A DNA stretch of 60,268 nt from a virus (lineage: Duplodnaviria; Caudoviricetes): positions 1-60,268 of the IMG/VR virus record IMGVR_UViG_3300044501_000024; one strand, written 5' to 3'. Positions within the stretch are counted from its first letter, which is position 1, and every line of letters starts with the position of its first letter. Positions 29,801-37,917 of the stretch are shown piece after piece. A program made the translations under genes and the position numbers. Below the pieces are notes generated by a model. The model saw only the letters and a list, made by a program, of their open reading frames with translations, searched no databases and was not told the origin of the DNA.

Positions 29801-32800
29801 GGCGAGGAAGCCGGCGCCTCGCGACGTGACGCCGGACGCCCAGGCGCAGCGTGAGTATCGCGATCGACTCGATCGTCTGATCGCCGAGCGTGAGAAAGCT
29901 GACCGTGACATCGCGGAAGCCCGGGCGATGCCGAAGCAGAAGCCGGAGGGCTGGACGATCACCCAGGGCGACTTCGGGTTCTGGGTGCTTAAAGACGAGC
30001 GAGGCGAGACCGTGGCCACCTCGCCTCACGAAGCGAACCTGCTGGACATGGCCGCGCAACGGGTCCCTGGCGGACCAGCTCGCGTGAGGGCCCTGCACGA
30101 GGCGATCACCATGCGAGCCAACGCCGTTAGCCGGATCGACGGCGTCCACCAGCAGATGGTTCAGGACACGATCTCGCGGATGCCCGAGCCGAAGCGCGCC
30201 AAGTGGCAGGTCGAGACGCCGCCCAAAGGCCACTACCTGGAGCCCGGCGTCGTGTTCCACACGCGGCTCGACGATCGCTGGGTTCCGGACGCGAATGGGC
30301 TCACGGTGAAGAAGGCCGACGGCACATTCACCCGGGACCTGTCGCAGCCCGGTGAACGCGGGCATCGCGCGCTGCTCGTCCAGGAGCTGCAAAGTGATTG
30401 GGCGCAGAAAGGCAGAGATGAGGAGTTCGCCAAAGAACCTACCGAAGCGGAGCGTCTCCTTGCGGATCGTGGCCGGGATATCCGCCGACAGCTTGATGCG
30501 GCGCGCGACAAGTGGCGTCGTGCCGCAGACGCGGTACCGACTCGCCCTGTCAGGGATTCGATTCTGGACTGGTGGTGGGACTTATACGGGACGTTGCGCC
30601 AGAAGCGTGGAGGAGGGACCCGTGAAAATATAATGAAGGATGTGGAGATCGGCTTGGATCTGGAGTCCATCACCCGCCTAGGTGCCGTGTGGAAGATCCC
30701 GGAAGGCTTGAAGAAGGGCCTGTACGACGAACGGTCTCCGGAGTACACCGCGATGTTGCGGGCCGAAGAGCAGGTCAGAAGACTGTCGAGGGAACAGACC
30801 GATAACGATCGGCAACTCAACGTCCACAAAGCGGGCCGCGTTGCTCCGGGCCCCTTCGTCACGGAGACCGGGGAGTGGACGGAACTCGCGTTGAAGCGCG
30901 TGATCAAGATGGCGGCGGACGAGGGCTACGATCGAGTCGCGTGGACGACCGGCGAGCAACAGGTGGAGTTGTACTCGGAAGCGCTCCGGTCTCAGGTGGA
31001 CGAGATCCGCTGGCAGAAGACGAAGGGCGGCGTCCACCTTCTGGGATCAAAGGCCAGGAGCACGGTCGTGGACACGACAGAGAGGGAGACCGCGCTGAGC
31101 GCGGCCATCGGCAAGACGATGGCCGACCAGATCCTCGGGTCGCCCGAGCAGAGCGGGGTTATCTCGGGGCGAGACATCAAGATCAGCGACACGGGGATGG
31201 CCGGGTTCTACGATCAGATCGTGCCCCAGGTGGCCGCGAAGATCGGGAAGAAGTGGGGGGCGAAGGTCGGGGAGACGAAACTGCCGCGCGACATAGAATC
31301 GTTGCCCGGGATGGATATGGAAGAAGGTCTCTCCCTTCTCACCCCAGACGACCTACGGAGAGTAGCGGCAAGCGTTGGCCCCGACGAGTTGCGCGCAAGA
31401 GTGCTTATGACTGCGGACGTTCTGGGCTCCGATGGACCAAAGGCAGCGGCCCGCACTGTCACCTCTGGCACGCAAAAGGATGCTGTATGGTCGGCGGTGC
31501 TGGAAAAGCGGAAGGGAGAGCTTTCGGTGGGGGTCCACTCCATCGACATCAGCCCCGAGATGCGGCGGTCGGTGAGGGCCGAGGGCTTCTCGCTGTTCGA
31601 GACGCGGACCGAATACGAGACCGCGGTGAACGCGGTCCCGGAGGATGCCGCGAAGAGAAACCTGGCGTACGAGACGGCCTCGATGTCCGGGGTCAGCAAG
31701 CGGCACGCGGGGCCCGCTGCGCCCAGGAACCGGCCCGTGGCCTCGGCCGACGGCCGCCAGAGGGCCGGGCCGATCACCTTCGACCAGTGGCTGGGGCGCG
31801 CGACCAGGGAGCTGGGAGGCGTCGGGTCCGACGACTGGCGCACCGCGCGCCGCTGGTACGGTGATCTGCGAGGAAAGTTCGTCGAGGTGTACGGCGAGCG
31901 CGATGCCGACCGGATGCTCACGCTCTGGGCTCTCAGCCAACAGCAGACGTCGCCGAGCGGCGGGCTGGGCTTCGTTTATCGGGCCATCGAGAAGGCGGCC
32001 GGAGTCGAAGGCCTGCCCAAAGCCGGGCTCTCAGAGCCCCGGCTGCTCGGTTACCTCAAGGGCCAGTTCAAGAAGCTTGGCCAGAAGCTGACCGACTTCC
32101 TGGACGCGACTCACGGCCGCCAACGTCGCTCGTGGACCGGTGGCGAGGGACAGTTCCAGCCCGCGCCATTCGACATCTGGGCGATGCGTGATCTGGGGTA
32201 CGTGGATCCGGCGTTCCGCGACATGTTGCCTCCGGAGATGGCGCGGGGCGTTACCCTCGACAATCCGAAGGGGGTTCCTGGGAGCAGGCAGTACCTTCAT
32301 GGATTGCAGCAGTACAACGAGTTCGCCAGGCTGCTGAACGAGCGCAACGTGGACGGCGGCGGGTGGCTGGCGGCCGAGGCCCAGGCCCTTGGGTGGAGCG
32401 CGACCCAGAGGGCGATGGGCCGGCGCCCCGAGGACATTCGCGACATCTTCTCCAGAAACACCAGAGGCGTGTTCTTCGAGGTCACCGGGTTCCCGGAGGG
32501 ATCGGAGCTGGGCTCCCGGTATGGGCCGCTCACCATCGACCAACAGCGGTCCGTGTCGAAGGCGGTTGGCCCCAAGCTGTTCCAGCGGGCGGCCGATGCC
32601 GTGGGCGCCACCGTCGTCGGCGTAGAGTCGAGTTACGGCGGCTGGCAGGGCGGCGTGAACTCGAACGTCGTGGGCCGCCTTGTGGGCACCAGGGAACAGG
32701 TGGAGGACGCGGCCCGGATCATCGGGTTGTCCGCGCAGCAGGGGGAGGTGCTGTTCAACCGCCCGATGGTCAAAGGGCGGCCCGGAGCCGAGATCAGGAT

Positions 32801-35800
32801 CGACTCTGAGTTGGCGTCGAGCCCGGAGTTCGCGCTTGCCGTCTGGCAGCGGGCGGTGGACTTGGAGCCGCAGATGGCGGGCGCCGGGTTCACGCTGAGC
32901 ACCGACAGCCAGGGTCGACCCGCGATGCTGGTGCTCGACCCACGTCCGAAGCGGATAGCTCAGGCCATCGCCAAAGCGGTGGACGCCCTTGACACGAATG
33001 CGACAGTTGATGTAACGTATGGGAAGTACGACACGGGTAGCGTGTCGAACGACTGGAGGGCGCAGCCTAATGGTGAAGCTTATCGAGCGGACGTTGAGCG
33101 ACGAAGAGCTACGCTCGTCGGACGCCCCCTGGACGATCTCGTTTCGGCCTTCCGGACAGATCTCGACGCCGCCGTCCGTGACGCCGGGGGAGTCGTCCGG
33201 GAGCCAGAGCGAGCCCCTGCCGCCCCCTCAGCCGAGCCCGCGGTAGAGGCTCCAGGCGCGACTCGGGTGCCGCCGGAGGCCCCTCGGGCGGTGCCCGAGG
33301 AGGGGGCACCCGAGCCGCGCCCCTTGCCGGCGGCCCAGGAGGCCGCTGGGGCGCCCCCGGAGGCCGTTCCCACCCCAGAGGTCAAAGCGGGTCCGGAGCC
33401 CGCGCTGAGGGCAGGGGAGCGCACCAGGCCGGAAACCAGGCAACAGGCGCAGCAGCAGGCCCTAGAGTCCCTCGACCGCGCGGCCCAGCCGATGCCCGAG
33501 GTCCAGACGGTGAGCGGGCGCCTGGGCCCGGAGGAGCGTGGCGGGGTCAGCACGCTGGGCGTCGCGATCAGCACCGAAGGCCGGCGCACCGGGTGGATCG
33601 ACCTGCGTGGCAAGCGGGTGCGTGGGCCGCGTGATGTCGCGGTGGCCGCCCAGGTGTTCCGCAACCCGTCGTACGAGAGCTTCTATGTCATCGGCACGAA
33701 GGGCAACCGGATCGTGGCGCATCGAGCATGGACCAGCCGGGTACCCAATCAGGCTTTGGTGGTCAAGCAACCCGGCAGGGACTTCTCGGCGATCGCCCGG
33801 TGGCTGGAGCGCTCCGGAGCCGATTCGTACTACTTGGTCCACAACCACCCCGGAGGCTTCCCCGAACCGAGCGTGAACGACGCTCGGTTGACCGATTCGT
33901 TCGCCAGTAAAGTAAGCGAACTCTCCGGTGGCCGCATCAGGCTCAAGTCGCACGTGGTGATTGACAGCGGCAAGTACGGGGTGATCAAGGAAGGCGCTTG
34001 GGGTCGGCGAAAGGGGCGAAAGGAGCGATGGGGCTCGACGGAACTCGGCAGGGGCAAGATCCAACTCTTCGATCTCCCCGGGTGGAATCCGGAGAACGAG
34101 AAGTTCCTGGTCGCGCGGCTGCCGCATCCGGAACTGGGGCGGCATGCGGCGTCCGAGAAGCTCATCGCGTCTCTTGGCCAGAGGCTGCAAACCGATCCGA
34201 GCAAGGTGACTCTCGTCTACCTGACGAGCCGCGGGAACGTCCAGGCGATCCAAGAGGTGCCGCTTGGCCTGTTTCTGAAGCCGAGCCGACTCGCTGAGTG
34301 GGTCCGCGGTCGGTCCCGAGAGTTCGGGGCGTCGATGGTGGCCGCCTATCACGAGCCGTCGGCAGAGATGCCGGCGAAGGCGTTCTACGATGCTGCTACC
34401 AGGCTGGTGCAGGGAAACATCTTGGCCGATGTGGTGTCCGTCGCCTTCGGCAAGCCGTCCGGCGTCCGGGGCGCCGGAGTCGAGCCGCTGCCGATCACAC
34501 GTGAACAGTTCATGGGCCGTGACGTCGGACGTCACGCGGTCGCCGAAACCGGCGCGGGGTACAAGCCAGAGGTCAAAGAGTATGAGCCGTCTGGTGTCCC
34601 CAAGGCGCCCGGCGAAGAGCCGCGGGTCGAGCAGCGCGTCTCGCACATCGAGGCCATGGCCAGGTCGTTGGGCGTCGAGGCCCCGACGCTGAAGAGGGAG
34701 ACGGTCGAGCACTGGTCGGCGCTCGACGAGCCGATCAGGGAGATCGTGCGGACGCGAACCGTCGAGCAGCTCGCGGCCACCGCCGAGAAACGCATCCTGA
34801 CGAACGTCGAGGTTCAGGCGCTCGACGCGATGAACCGGGGAGTTCAGGACCAGACGTACGAATACCTCTCGGAAATCGCCAGGGCCGAGCGGCGGGGGGA
34901 CAAGGCGGGGATGGCCGCCGCCGAACAGCGGTACATGGGCGAGACGATGCGAGCCATTGCCATCGAGCGCGCCCTCGTCAACGACGGGTCGAACGCGGCC
35001 CGCGCCCTCCAGGCTCGGGCCCGGATCATGGCGGCGGCCCCCGAGGGCCCCGGAAAGATGATGCAGAAGATCATCAGGGAGCTGCCCGGGCTATCGGTGA
35101 AGCAGCAGGCTGAGCTGCTGGCCGCTGCGCAACGGGACCCGCTGCGCGCCAAGGACATGCTGCGAGCCGCGTTCAGCCCAGGGTGGAAGAACAAGATCCT
35201 GGAGTGGTGGAAGGCCGGGTTGCTGAGCGCGCCGAAGACCGATATGGCGATGCTCATGGGGAACTCCGCTGAGTTCTTCAGCCGCCTCGGGGAGACGGCG
35301 ATGGGTGGGCTCACCGAGCGGGCGCTGGCCGCGGTCGGCGCCATCCCCAAGGGCAAGACCAGATACGCGCGGGAAGAAGTGGGGCAGGAGATCAGCGGGG
35401 CGATGGATGCGTTTTTCCCGGCGCTCAAGGAGTGGTGGGAGAACGTCCGGAACTTCACGGGCCCCGAGAAACCGCTGACCACTGCGGCCAAGCTGGAGCA
35501 CCAAGTCGGGGCGATCGGCGGGACCCTGGGGAAGATCGTCCGTTGGCCGTTCCGCCGGGCCGAGGCCCACGACGTGCTGTTCAGGCGGATCGGTGGTAGG
35601 GGTGACCTGAAGAAGTTCTCGTGGCGCAAGGCGCGCGAGGAACTGGGGGCGGGGGCCCCGGTGTCGCAGGTCGAGCGGCGCGCCACCGAGATCATGGAGC
35701 AGGCCGAGGCCGGCACGGCGCACGGCGAGCTGATCGAGGAGGTGGCCCAGATCAACGAGCAGCGGACGTTCCAGCAGTCGAACCCGTTCGCCGTTCCAAT

Positions 35801-36998
35801 CTTGAAGTTCAAGCAGCAGTTCCCGCTGGCCGGCAACCTGCTCGCGCCCTTCGTGCTGACGCCGACCAACATCGCGGCGTCCGTCGTCAAGCGCAGCCCC
35901 CTCGGGTTCCTGACCCACGGAGTCTCCACGCTCCGGAGGTTCCGCAGTGGGCTGGCGACGCGCGCCGAGGTGATCGACGCGTTTGCCGCGCCGCTGTTCG
36001 GGAGCACGCTGCTCGGGGCGATGGTGGTGTTGGCGAAGAGCGGGATGTTGACCGGCGGCGGGCCGCCGGATCAGCGCGAGAAGGGCCTGCTGAAGGAAAC
36101 CGGGTGGCAGCCGTACAGCTTCGTGCTCATCGACCCGAAGAACGGACGCCGGGTGTACGTGCCGTTCAACCGGTTCGAACCCATCAGCTCGACGTTGGGG
36201 ATCGCTGCGGATCTCGCGGAGATGGAAGATCCGAAGAGGCGCGGCGACCTGATGAAGAAGGGCGTCGAGTCGATCGCCCAGAACTTCACCAACAAGTCGT
36301 ACATGCAGTCGGTGGTCGACGGACTGAACTTCGTGACCGACCCCAGCAAGTTCGGTCGCCAGTGGATCTCCAGCACCGTGACCAGCCTGATCCCGAACGT
36401 GTTCGCGGCCACCGCCCAGGCGATTGACCCGGTGGTCAGGGATCTGACGCCGAGCGAAGCCGGGATATTCGGGACGCCCGAGAAGATCATGAGGCAGGGA
36501 GCCAGTCGCCTGCCGTTCGTCAGCCGGCTGCTGGCGCCGAAGCCGAGCCCCAGTGGCGAGATCATCGAGCGCCCCGGGTGGGGCCCGACAAGGATCCTGT
36601 TCCCGGTGCAGATCACCGAGGAGCGCGAGGGCCGGCAGTTGGAGAAGATGCTGGTGCGCATCGGGTACGTGCCCGGCACCCCGCGACGCACGCTCACGCA
36701 CCGCGGCCAAGAGATCCCGCTGGGCGACGCCGACTACCGGCTGCTGCTGGAGGCGGACCGCGCGGCGGCCACCCGCGTCCGCGCCCTGATGTCGACCGCC
36801 GGGTTCGGCGCGCTGCCGGACACCGAGGAGGAGGCGGCGGAACCCGGTGAGAGCAAGGAGGGCAAGGTCCGCTCGATCTACACGAAGGCCCGCCAGGAGG
36901 CGAGGAAGCTGGTGTTCGCGCGACCCGAGATCAGGAGTAAGATGTTCGACATCCGGCGCGGCCGGCGGCTGGCGTCGATCCAGGCGAGAGCGGAATGA
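26811..36998 (+). CDS. Giant polyvalent (ejection-type) protein, 3395 aa
   Basis: Inorganic-pyrophosphatase-like domain (HYGYIEG..GKDKDQLDVFV..FDEHKVMLG), QELQSDW-containing domain, glycosylase-like domain, RadC/JAB domain (HNHPGG.PEPS..D) and LPD38-like C-terminus (GWQPYS, RFEPIS). Confidence 0.85.
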   Translation: MGLLDWFQSPPRDTTDSYGRAIEGEGSQLQDDVWGSVKSAWDRIRPVRDVAFAPFAIGDMLMGQYTAWAGGDAGRQAYRTAWDRKRSEIEQAEGAEHFAGPLGALREIEAAPGLGDVLAEVAVPGDDPSYTEVQRFVKRSTAMVGNMFTNPVNLVGGGVAKGAQAWDRAMRAPSIGSRAAAMAESVANMYGSAIPVAAYAPEIAGQVVGGAQTGYQGLQEGDTDKAVAGFGEAVLGATLAGLGVKGALHEAKAVREYRGLRRMSDIEVAIRQEALAERFMDGDHTVAPELDIANSELKSRAGDRQMDEDLGLAIAARDEQLAAGEQASAETLALARQVTRETRPEPTTGDLVDRRLAALRRRATEAPRVEEPRAAYETVVDREAGEAATAPGKPQPTAAALEAGRYEKGKTEVSGLPIAIENPVGSVRRGRDETGREWATRLKAHYGYIEGVKGKDKDQLDVFVRPGLEPEHEGPVYVVNQRKADGSFDEHKVMLGWGSKDEVRDAYLANYDERGPQLIQSIAEFGSPEAFKAWMKTEGALKKPAPTAARASVEEPIVLPEGFKPTEHPAPEMGRLPLDTVPERQRTAARKAAQAVSREIQKGRGGPEETARAMAKLPEGLRPYADQIRSHAVQDASGRIQGAELLETLRSNYGDRGADGVAVARSPSHPESYDVINRQDGKIVAGAQVTGGRVTMLSGSRETIDAVDNALDSLGAKRDTNLTVLGAERRRQRLAKIREAESAKELGRPGERLGGPAVGAAAEPEPGPGVPRGAPGRGRPAELVPEPAEAAGAPAEPAVAAEPAAAEPSAERPVAPIRAAQRVAEPTTEYGAGRPEPPPADPFYSQLKRTAEKIPQAMSGNDMLRYLSDPKRGIKVDELKWTGLDDFLRGRPRATREEVQQFLAENEVRIGEKVLGGQGLEPGWEIVENEVGKFNLRRPDGGLELDNQGQPAVWSQYPGAQNALESRARKADPKFSAYRALPGGENYREVVVSLPGVARKPAPRDVTPDAQAQREYRDRLDRLIAEREKADRDIAEARAMPKQKPEGWTITQGDFGFWVLKDERGETVATSPHEANLLDMAAQRVPGGPARVRALHEAITMRANAVSRIDGVHQQMVQDTISRMPEPKRAKWQVETPPKGHYLEPGVVFHTRLDDRWVPDANGLTVKKADGTFTRDLSQPGERGHRALLVQELQSDWAQKGRDEEFAKEPTEAERLLADRGRDIRRQLDAARDKWRRAADAVPTRPVRDSILDWWWDLYGTLRQKRGGGTRENIMKDVEIGLDLESITRLGAVWKIPEGLKKGLYDERSPEYTAMLRAEEQVRRLSREQTDNDRQLNVHKAGRVAPGPFVTETGEWTELALKRVIKMAADEGYDRVAWTTGEQQVELYSEALRSQVDEIRWQKTKGGVHLLGSKARSTVVDTTERETALSAAIGKTMADQILGSPEQSGVISGRDIKISDTGMAGFYDQIVPQVAAKIGKKWGAKVGETKLPRDIESLPGMDMEEGLSLLTPDDLRRVAASVGPDELRARVLMTADVLGSDGPKAAARTVTSGTQKDAVWSAVLEKRKGELSVGVHSIDISPEMRRSVRAEGFSLFETRTEYETAVNAVPEDAAKRNLAYETASMSGVSKRHAGPAAPRNRPVASADGRQRAGPITFDQWLGRATRELGGVGSDDWRTARRWYGDLRGKFVEVYGERDADRMLTLWALSQQQTSPSGGLGFVYRAIEKAAGVEGLPKAGLSEPRLLGYLKGQFKKLGQKLTDFLDATHGRQRRSWTGGEGQFQPAPFDIWAMRDLGYVDPAFRDMLPPEMARGVTLDNPKGVPGSRQYLHGLQQYNEFARLLNERNVDGGGWLAAEAQALGWSATQRAMGRRPEDIRDIFSRNTRGVFFEVTGFPEGSELGSRYGPLTIDQQRSVSKAVGPKLFQRAADAVGATVVGVESSYGGWQGGVNSNVVGRLVGTREQVEDAARIIGLSAQQGEVLFNRPMVKGRPGAEIRIDSELASSPEFALAVWQRAVDLEPQMAGAGFTLSTDSQGRPAMLVLDPRPKRIAQAIAKAVDALDTNATVDVTYGKYDTGSVSNDWRAQPNGEAYRADVERRRATLVGRPLDDLVSAFRTDLDAAVRDAGGVVREPERAPAAPSAEPAVEAPGATRVPPEAPRAVPEEGAPEPRPLPAAQEAAGAPPEAVPTPEVKAGPEPALRAGERTRPETRQQAQQQALESLDRAAQPMPEVQTVSGRLGPEERGGVSTLGVAISTEGRRTGWIDLRGKRVRGPRDVAVAAQVFRNPSYESFYVIGTKGNRIVAHRAWTSRVPNQALVVKQPGRDFSAIARWLERSGADSYYLVHNHPGGFPEPSVNDARLTDSFASKVSELSGGRIRLKSHVVIDSGKYGVIKEGAWGRRKGRKERWGSTELGRGKIQLFDLPGWNPENEKFLVARLPHPELGRHAASEKLIASLGQRLQTDPSKVTLVYLTSRGNVQAIQEVPLGLFLKPSRLAEWVRGRSREFGASMVAAYHEPSAEMPAKAFYDAATRLVQGNILADVVSVAFGKPSGVRGAGVEPLPITREQFMGRDVGRHAVAETGAGYKPEVKEYEPSGVPKAPGEEPRVEQRVSHIEAMARSLGVEAPTLKRETVEHWSALDEPIREIVRTRTVEQLAATAEKRILTNVEVQALDAMNRGVQDQTYEYLSEIARAERRGDKAGMAAAEQRYMGETMRAIAIERALVNDGSNAARALQARARIMAAAPEGPGKMMQKIIRELPGLSVKQQAELLAAAQRDPLRAKDMLRAAFSPGWKNKILEWWKAGLLSAPKTDMAMLMGNSAEFFSRLGETAMGGLTERALAAVGAIPKGKTRYAREEVGQEISGAMDAFFPALKEWWENVRNFTGPEKPLTTAAKLEHQVGAIGGTLGKIVRWPFRRAEAHDVLFRRIGGRGDLKKFSWRKAREELGAGAPVSQVERRATEIMEQAEAGTAHGELIEEVAQINEQRTFQQSNPFAVPILKFKQQFPLAGNLLAPFVLTPTNIAASVVKRSPLGFLTHGVSTLRRFRSGLATRAEVIDAFAAPLFGSTLLGAMVVLAKSGMLTGGGPPDQREKGLLKETGWQPYSFVLIDPKNGRRVYVPFNRFEPISSTLGIAADLAEMEDPKRRGDLMKKGVESIAQNFTNKSYMQSVVDGLNFVTDPSKFGRQWISSTVTSLIPNVFAATAQAIDPVVRDLTPSEAGIFGTPEKIMRQGASRLPFVSRLLAPKPSPSGEIIERPGWGPTRILFPVQITEEREGRQLEKMLVRIGYVPGTPRRTLTHRGQEIPLGDADYRLLLEADRAAATRVRALMSTAGFGALPDTEEEAAEPGESKEGKVRSIYTKARQEARKLVFARPEIRSKMFDIRRGRRLASIQARAE
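28942..28970 (+). promoter_or_regulatory. Candidate internal promoter TTGACT-N17-GACACT
   Basis: Built from rare host-frame codons (CTT, ACT). Lies 64 bp upstream of nested ORF 29035. Confidence 0.45.
29035..29253 (+). CDS. Nested (+1 frame) 72-aa gene inside the giant protein gene
   Basis: AGGGAGG RBS 6 nt before GTG. Amphipathic helical product. Host-frame codons become A/T-ending over this span. Confidence 0.7.
   Translation: MPRNWDDPVKDLVDPLLERLRNPNLDPEFRAALQAGVDRLNSFRNLPKPLGPQQNQRSPQNRPPPSHRPSGQ
32989..33018 (+). promoter_or_regulatory. Internal promoter TTGACA-N5-GCGACA-N7-TAACGT
   Basis: Same architecture as the intergenic promoters at 43594, 46710, 40958 and 55930. Lies upstream of nested ORF 33070. 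Confidence 0.7.
33070..33246 (+). CDS. Nested (+1 frame) 58-aa gene inside the giant protein gene
   Basis: GGAGG RBS 10 nt before ATG and its own promoter. Host-frame codons become A/T-ending. Confidence 0.65.
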   Translation: MVKLIERTLSDEELRSSDAPWTISFRPSGQISTPPSVTPGESSGSQSEPLPPPQPSPR

Positions 36999-37513
36999 GC
37001 ACGATCACGGTCCTGCCGAAGCGCCTACTCCATCGGTTCGTGCGGTTCGCCCAGTTGCTGGACAAGAAGTTTCTCCAGGGCTCGGAGATCGGTCGTATGC
37101 TGGACACAGAACTGGACCGCATGGGCAGCAGCATCGAGCAGTCGCAGAGCATCCTGTTCCAGTTGTTCGACGCCGACCTGGGGCCCCCGGGGCCACCGCT
37201 GAAAGACGTGATCGGTGAGTTCGGCCTGGTGGGTAGCCCGGCGACCAGGGCGTACGACGACCATCGCCATCCGGCGATCATCGAGTTCAAGGGCGACGTG
37301 CTGACCACCGACGGCATCGAGGTGCGGCGGCTACCGGTGGGCGGCGCGGGGCGCGTGCTGACCGCGGACCCCGCGGAGACCACTGGCCTTCGGTGGACGC
37401 CGAAGGGCGGGTCGGTATCGGGTTCCGGAGGCGACAGCCTCACCGAGCATCTGATCGCGGTTCAGGCCCGCCAGTTGTGGCTGACCGAGATCCAGGCGAC
37501 GAGCTTCAGGTAG
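36995..37513 (+). CDS. Putative tail-fibre-associated protein
   Basis: KGDVLTTDG..RRLPVG..GRVLTADP..TTGLRW motif seen in phage fibres. Confidence 0.6.
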   Translation: MSTITVLPKRLLHRFVRFAQLLDKKFLQGSEIGRMLDTELDRMGSSIEQSQSILFQLFDADLGPPGPPLKDVIGEFGLVGSPATRAYDDHRHPAIIEFKGDVLTTDGIEVRRLPVGGAGRVLTADPAETTGLRWTPKGGSVSGSGGDSLTEHLIAVQARQLWLTEIQATSFR

Positions 37514-37523
37514 CGGAGGGCGG

Positions 37524-37916
37524 ATGGCGGCACCGAACGCAGTCCCCAGACACGTGCTTGAGGGCGTCATCGGAATCGCCCAGATCTCCACGGCGAACAC
37601 AAACCGCGATGGCACCGGGACGATCGGCACCGTGGCGACGGCCGGGGCCCAGGGCACTCTGATCGAGCTGATCAGGGTGAAGGCCACTGGCACGACGACT
37701 GCCGGCATGGTTCGGCTGTACATCCACGACGGGGCGAACGCCCGGCTGCTCGCCGAGATCTCGGTGAGCGCCGCCACGCCGTCGGCCACCGTCCAGACGT
37801 TCGAGGACGAGCTGACGCCGACCACGCCGCTGGTGCTGCCCAGCGGCTACTCGCTGCGCGCCTCGACGCACAACGCCGAGACGTTCAACGTGTTCGCCGT
37901 CGGGGGCCACTACTGA
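37524..37916 (+). CDS. Putative virion structural protein
   Basis: ANTNRDGTGTI...LVLPSGYSL beta-sandwich-type small virion protein. Confidence 0.6.
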   Translation: MAAPNAVPRHVLEGVIGIAQISTANTNRDGTGTIGTVATAGAQGTLIELIRVKATGTTTAGMVRLYIHDGANARLLAEISVSAATPSATVQTFEDELTPTTPLVLPSGYSLRASTHNAETFNVFAVGGHY

Positions 37917-37917
37917 G

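Noticed and set aside
30418-30633. Possible third nested +1 ORF (MRSSPKNLPK...) and a nearby TATAAT at 30629
   Set aside because: The host frame is A/T3-rich but protein-like. The RBS is weak, there is no -35, and the product looks like frame-shift noise. An acquired insert is more likely, though it is worth rechecking.
34582-34692. +1 ORF MSRLVSPRR... with GAGGT upstream
   Set aside because: Ser/Arg/Pro composition typical of an off-frame read. No promoter and no sustained host-frame GC3 drop.
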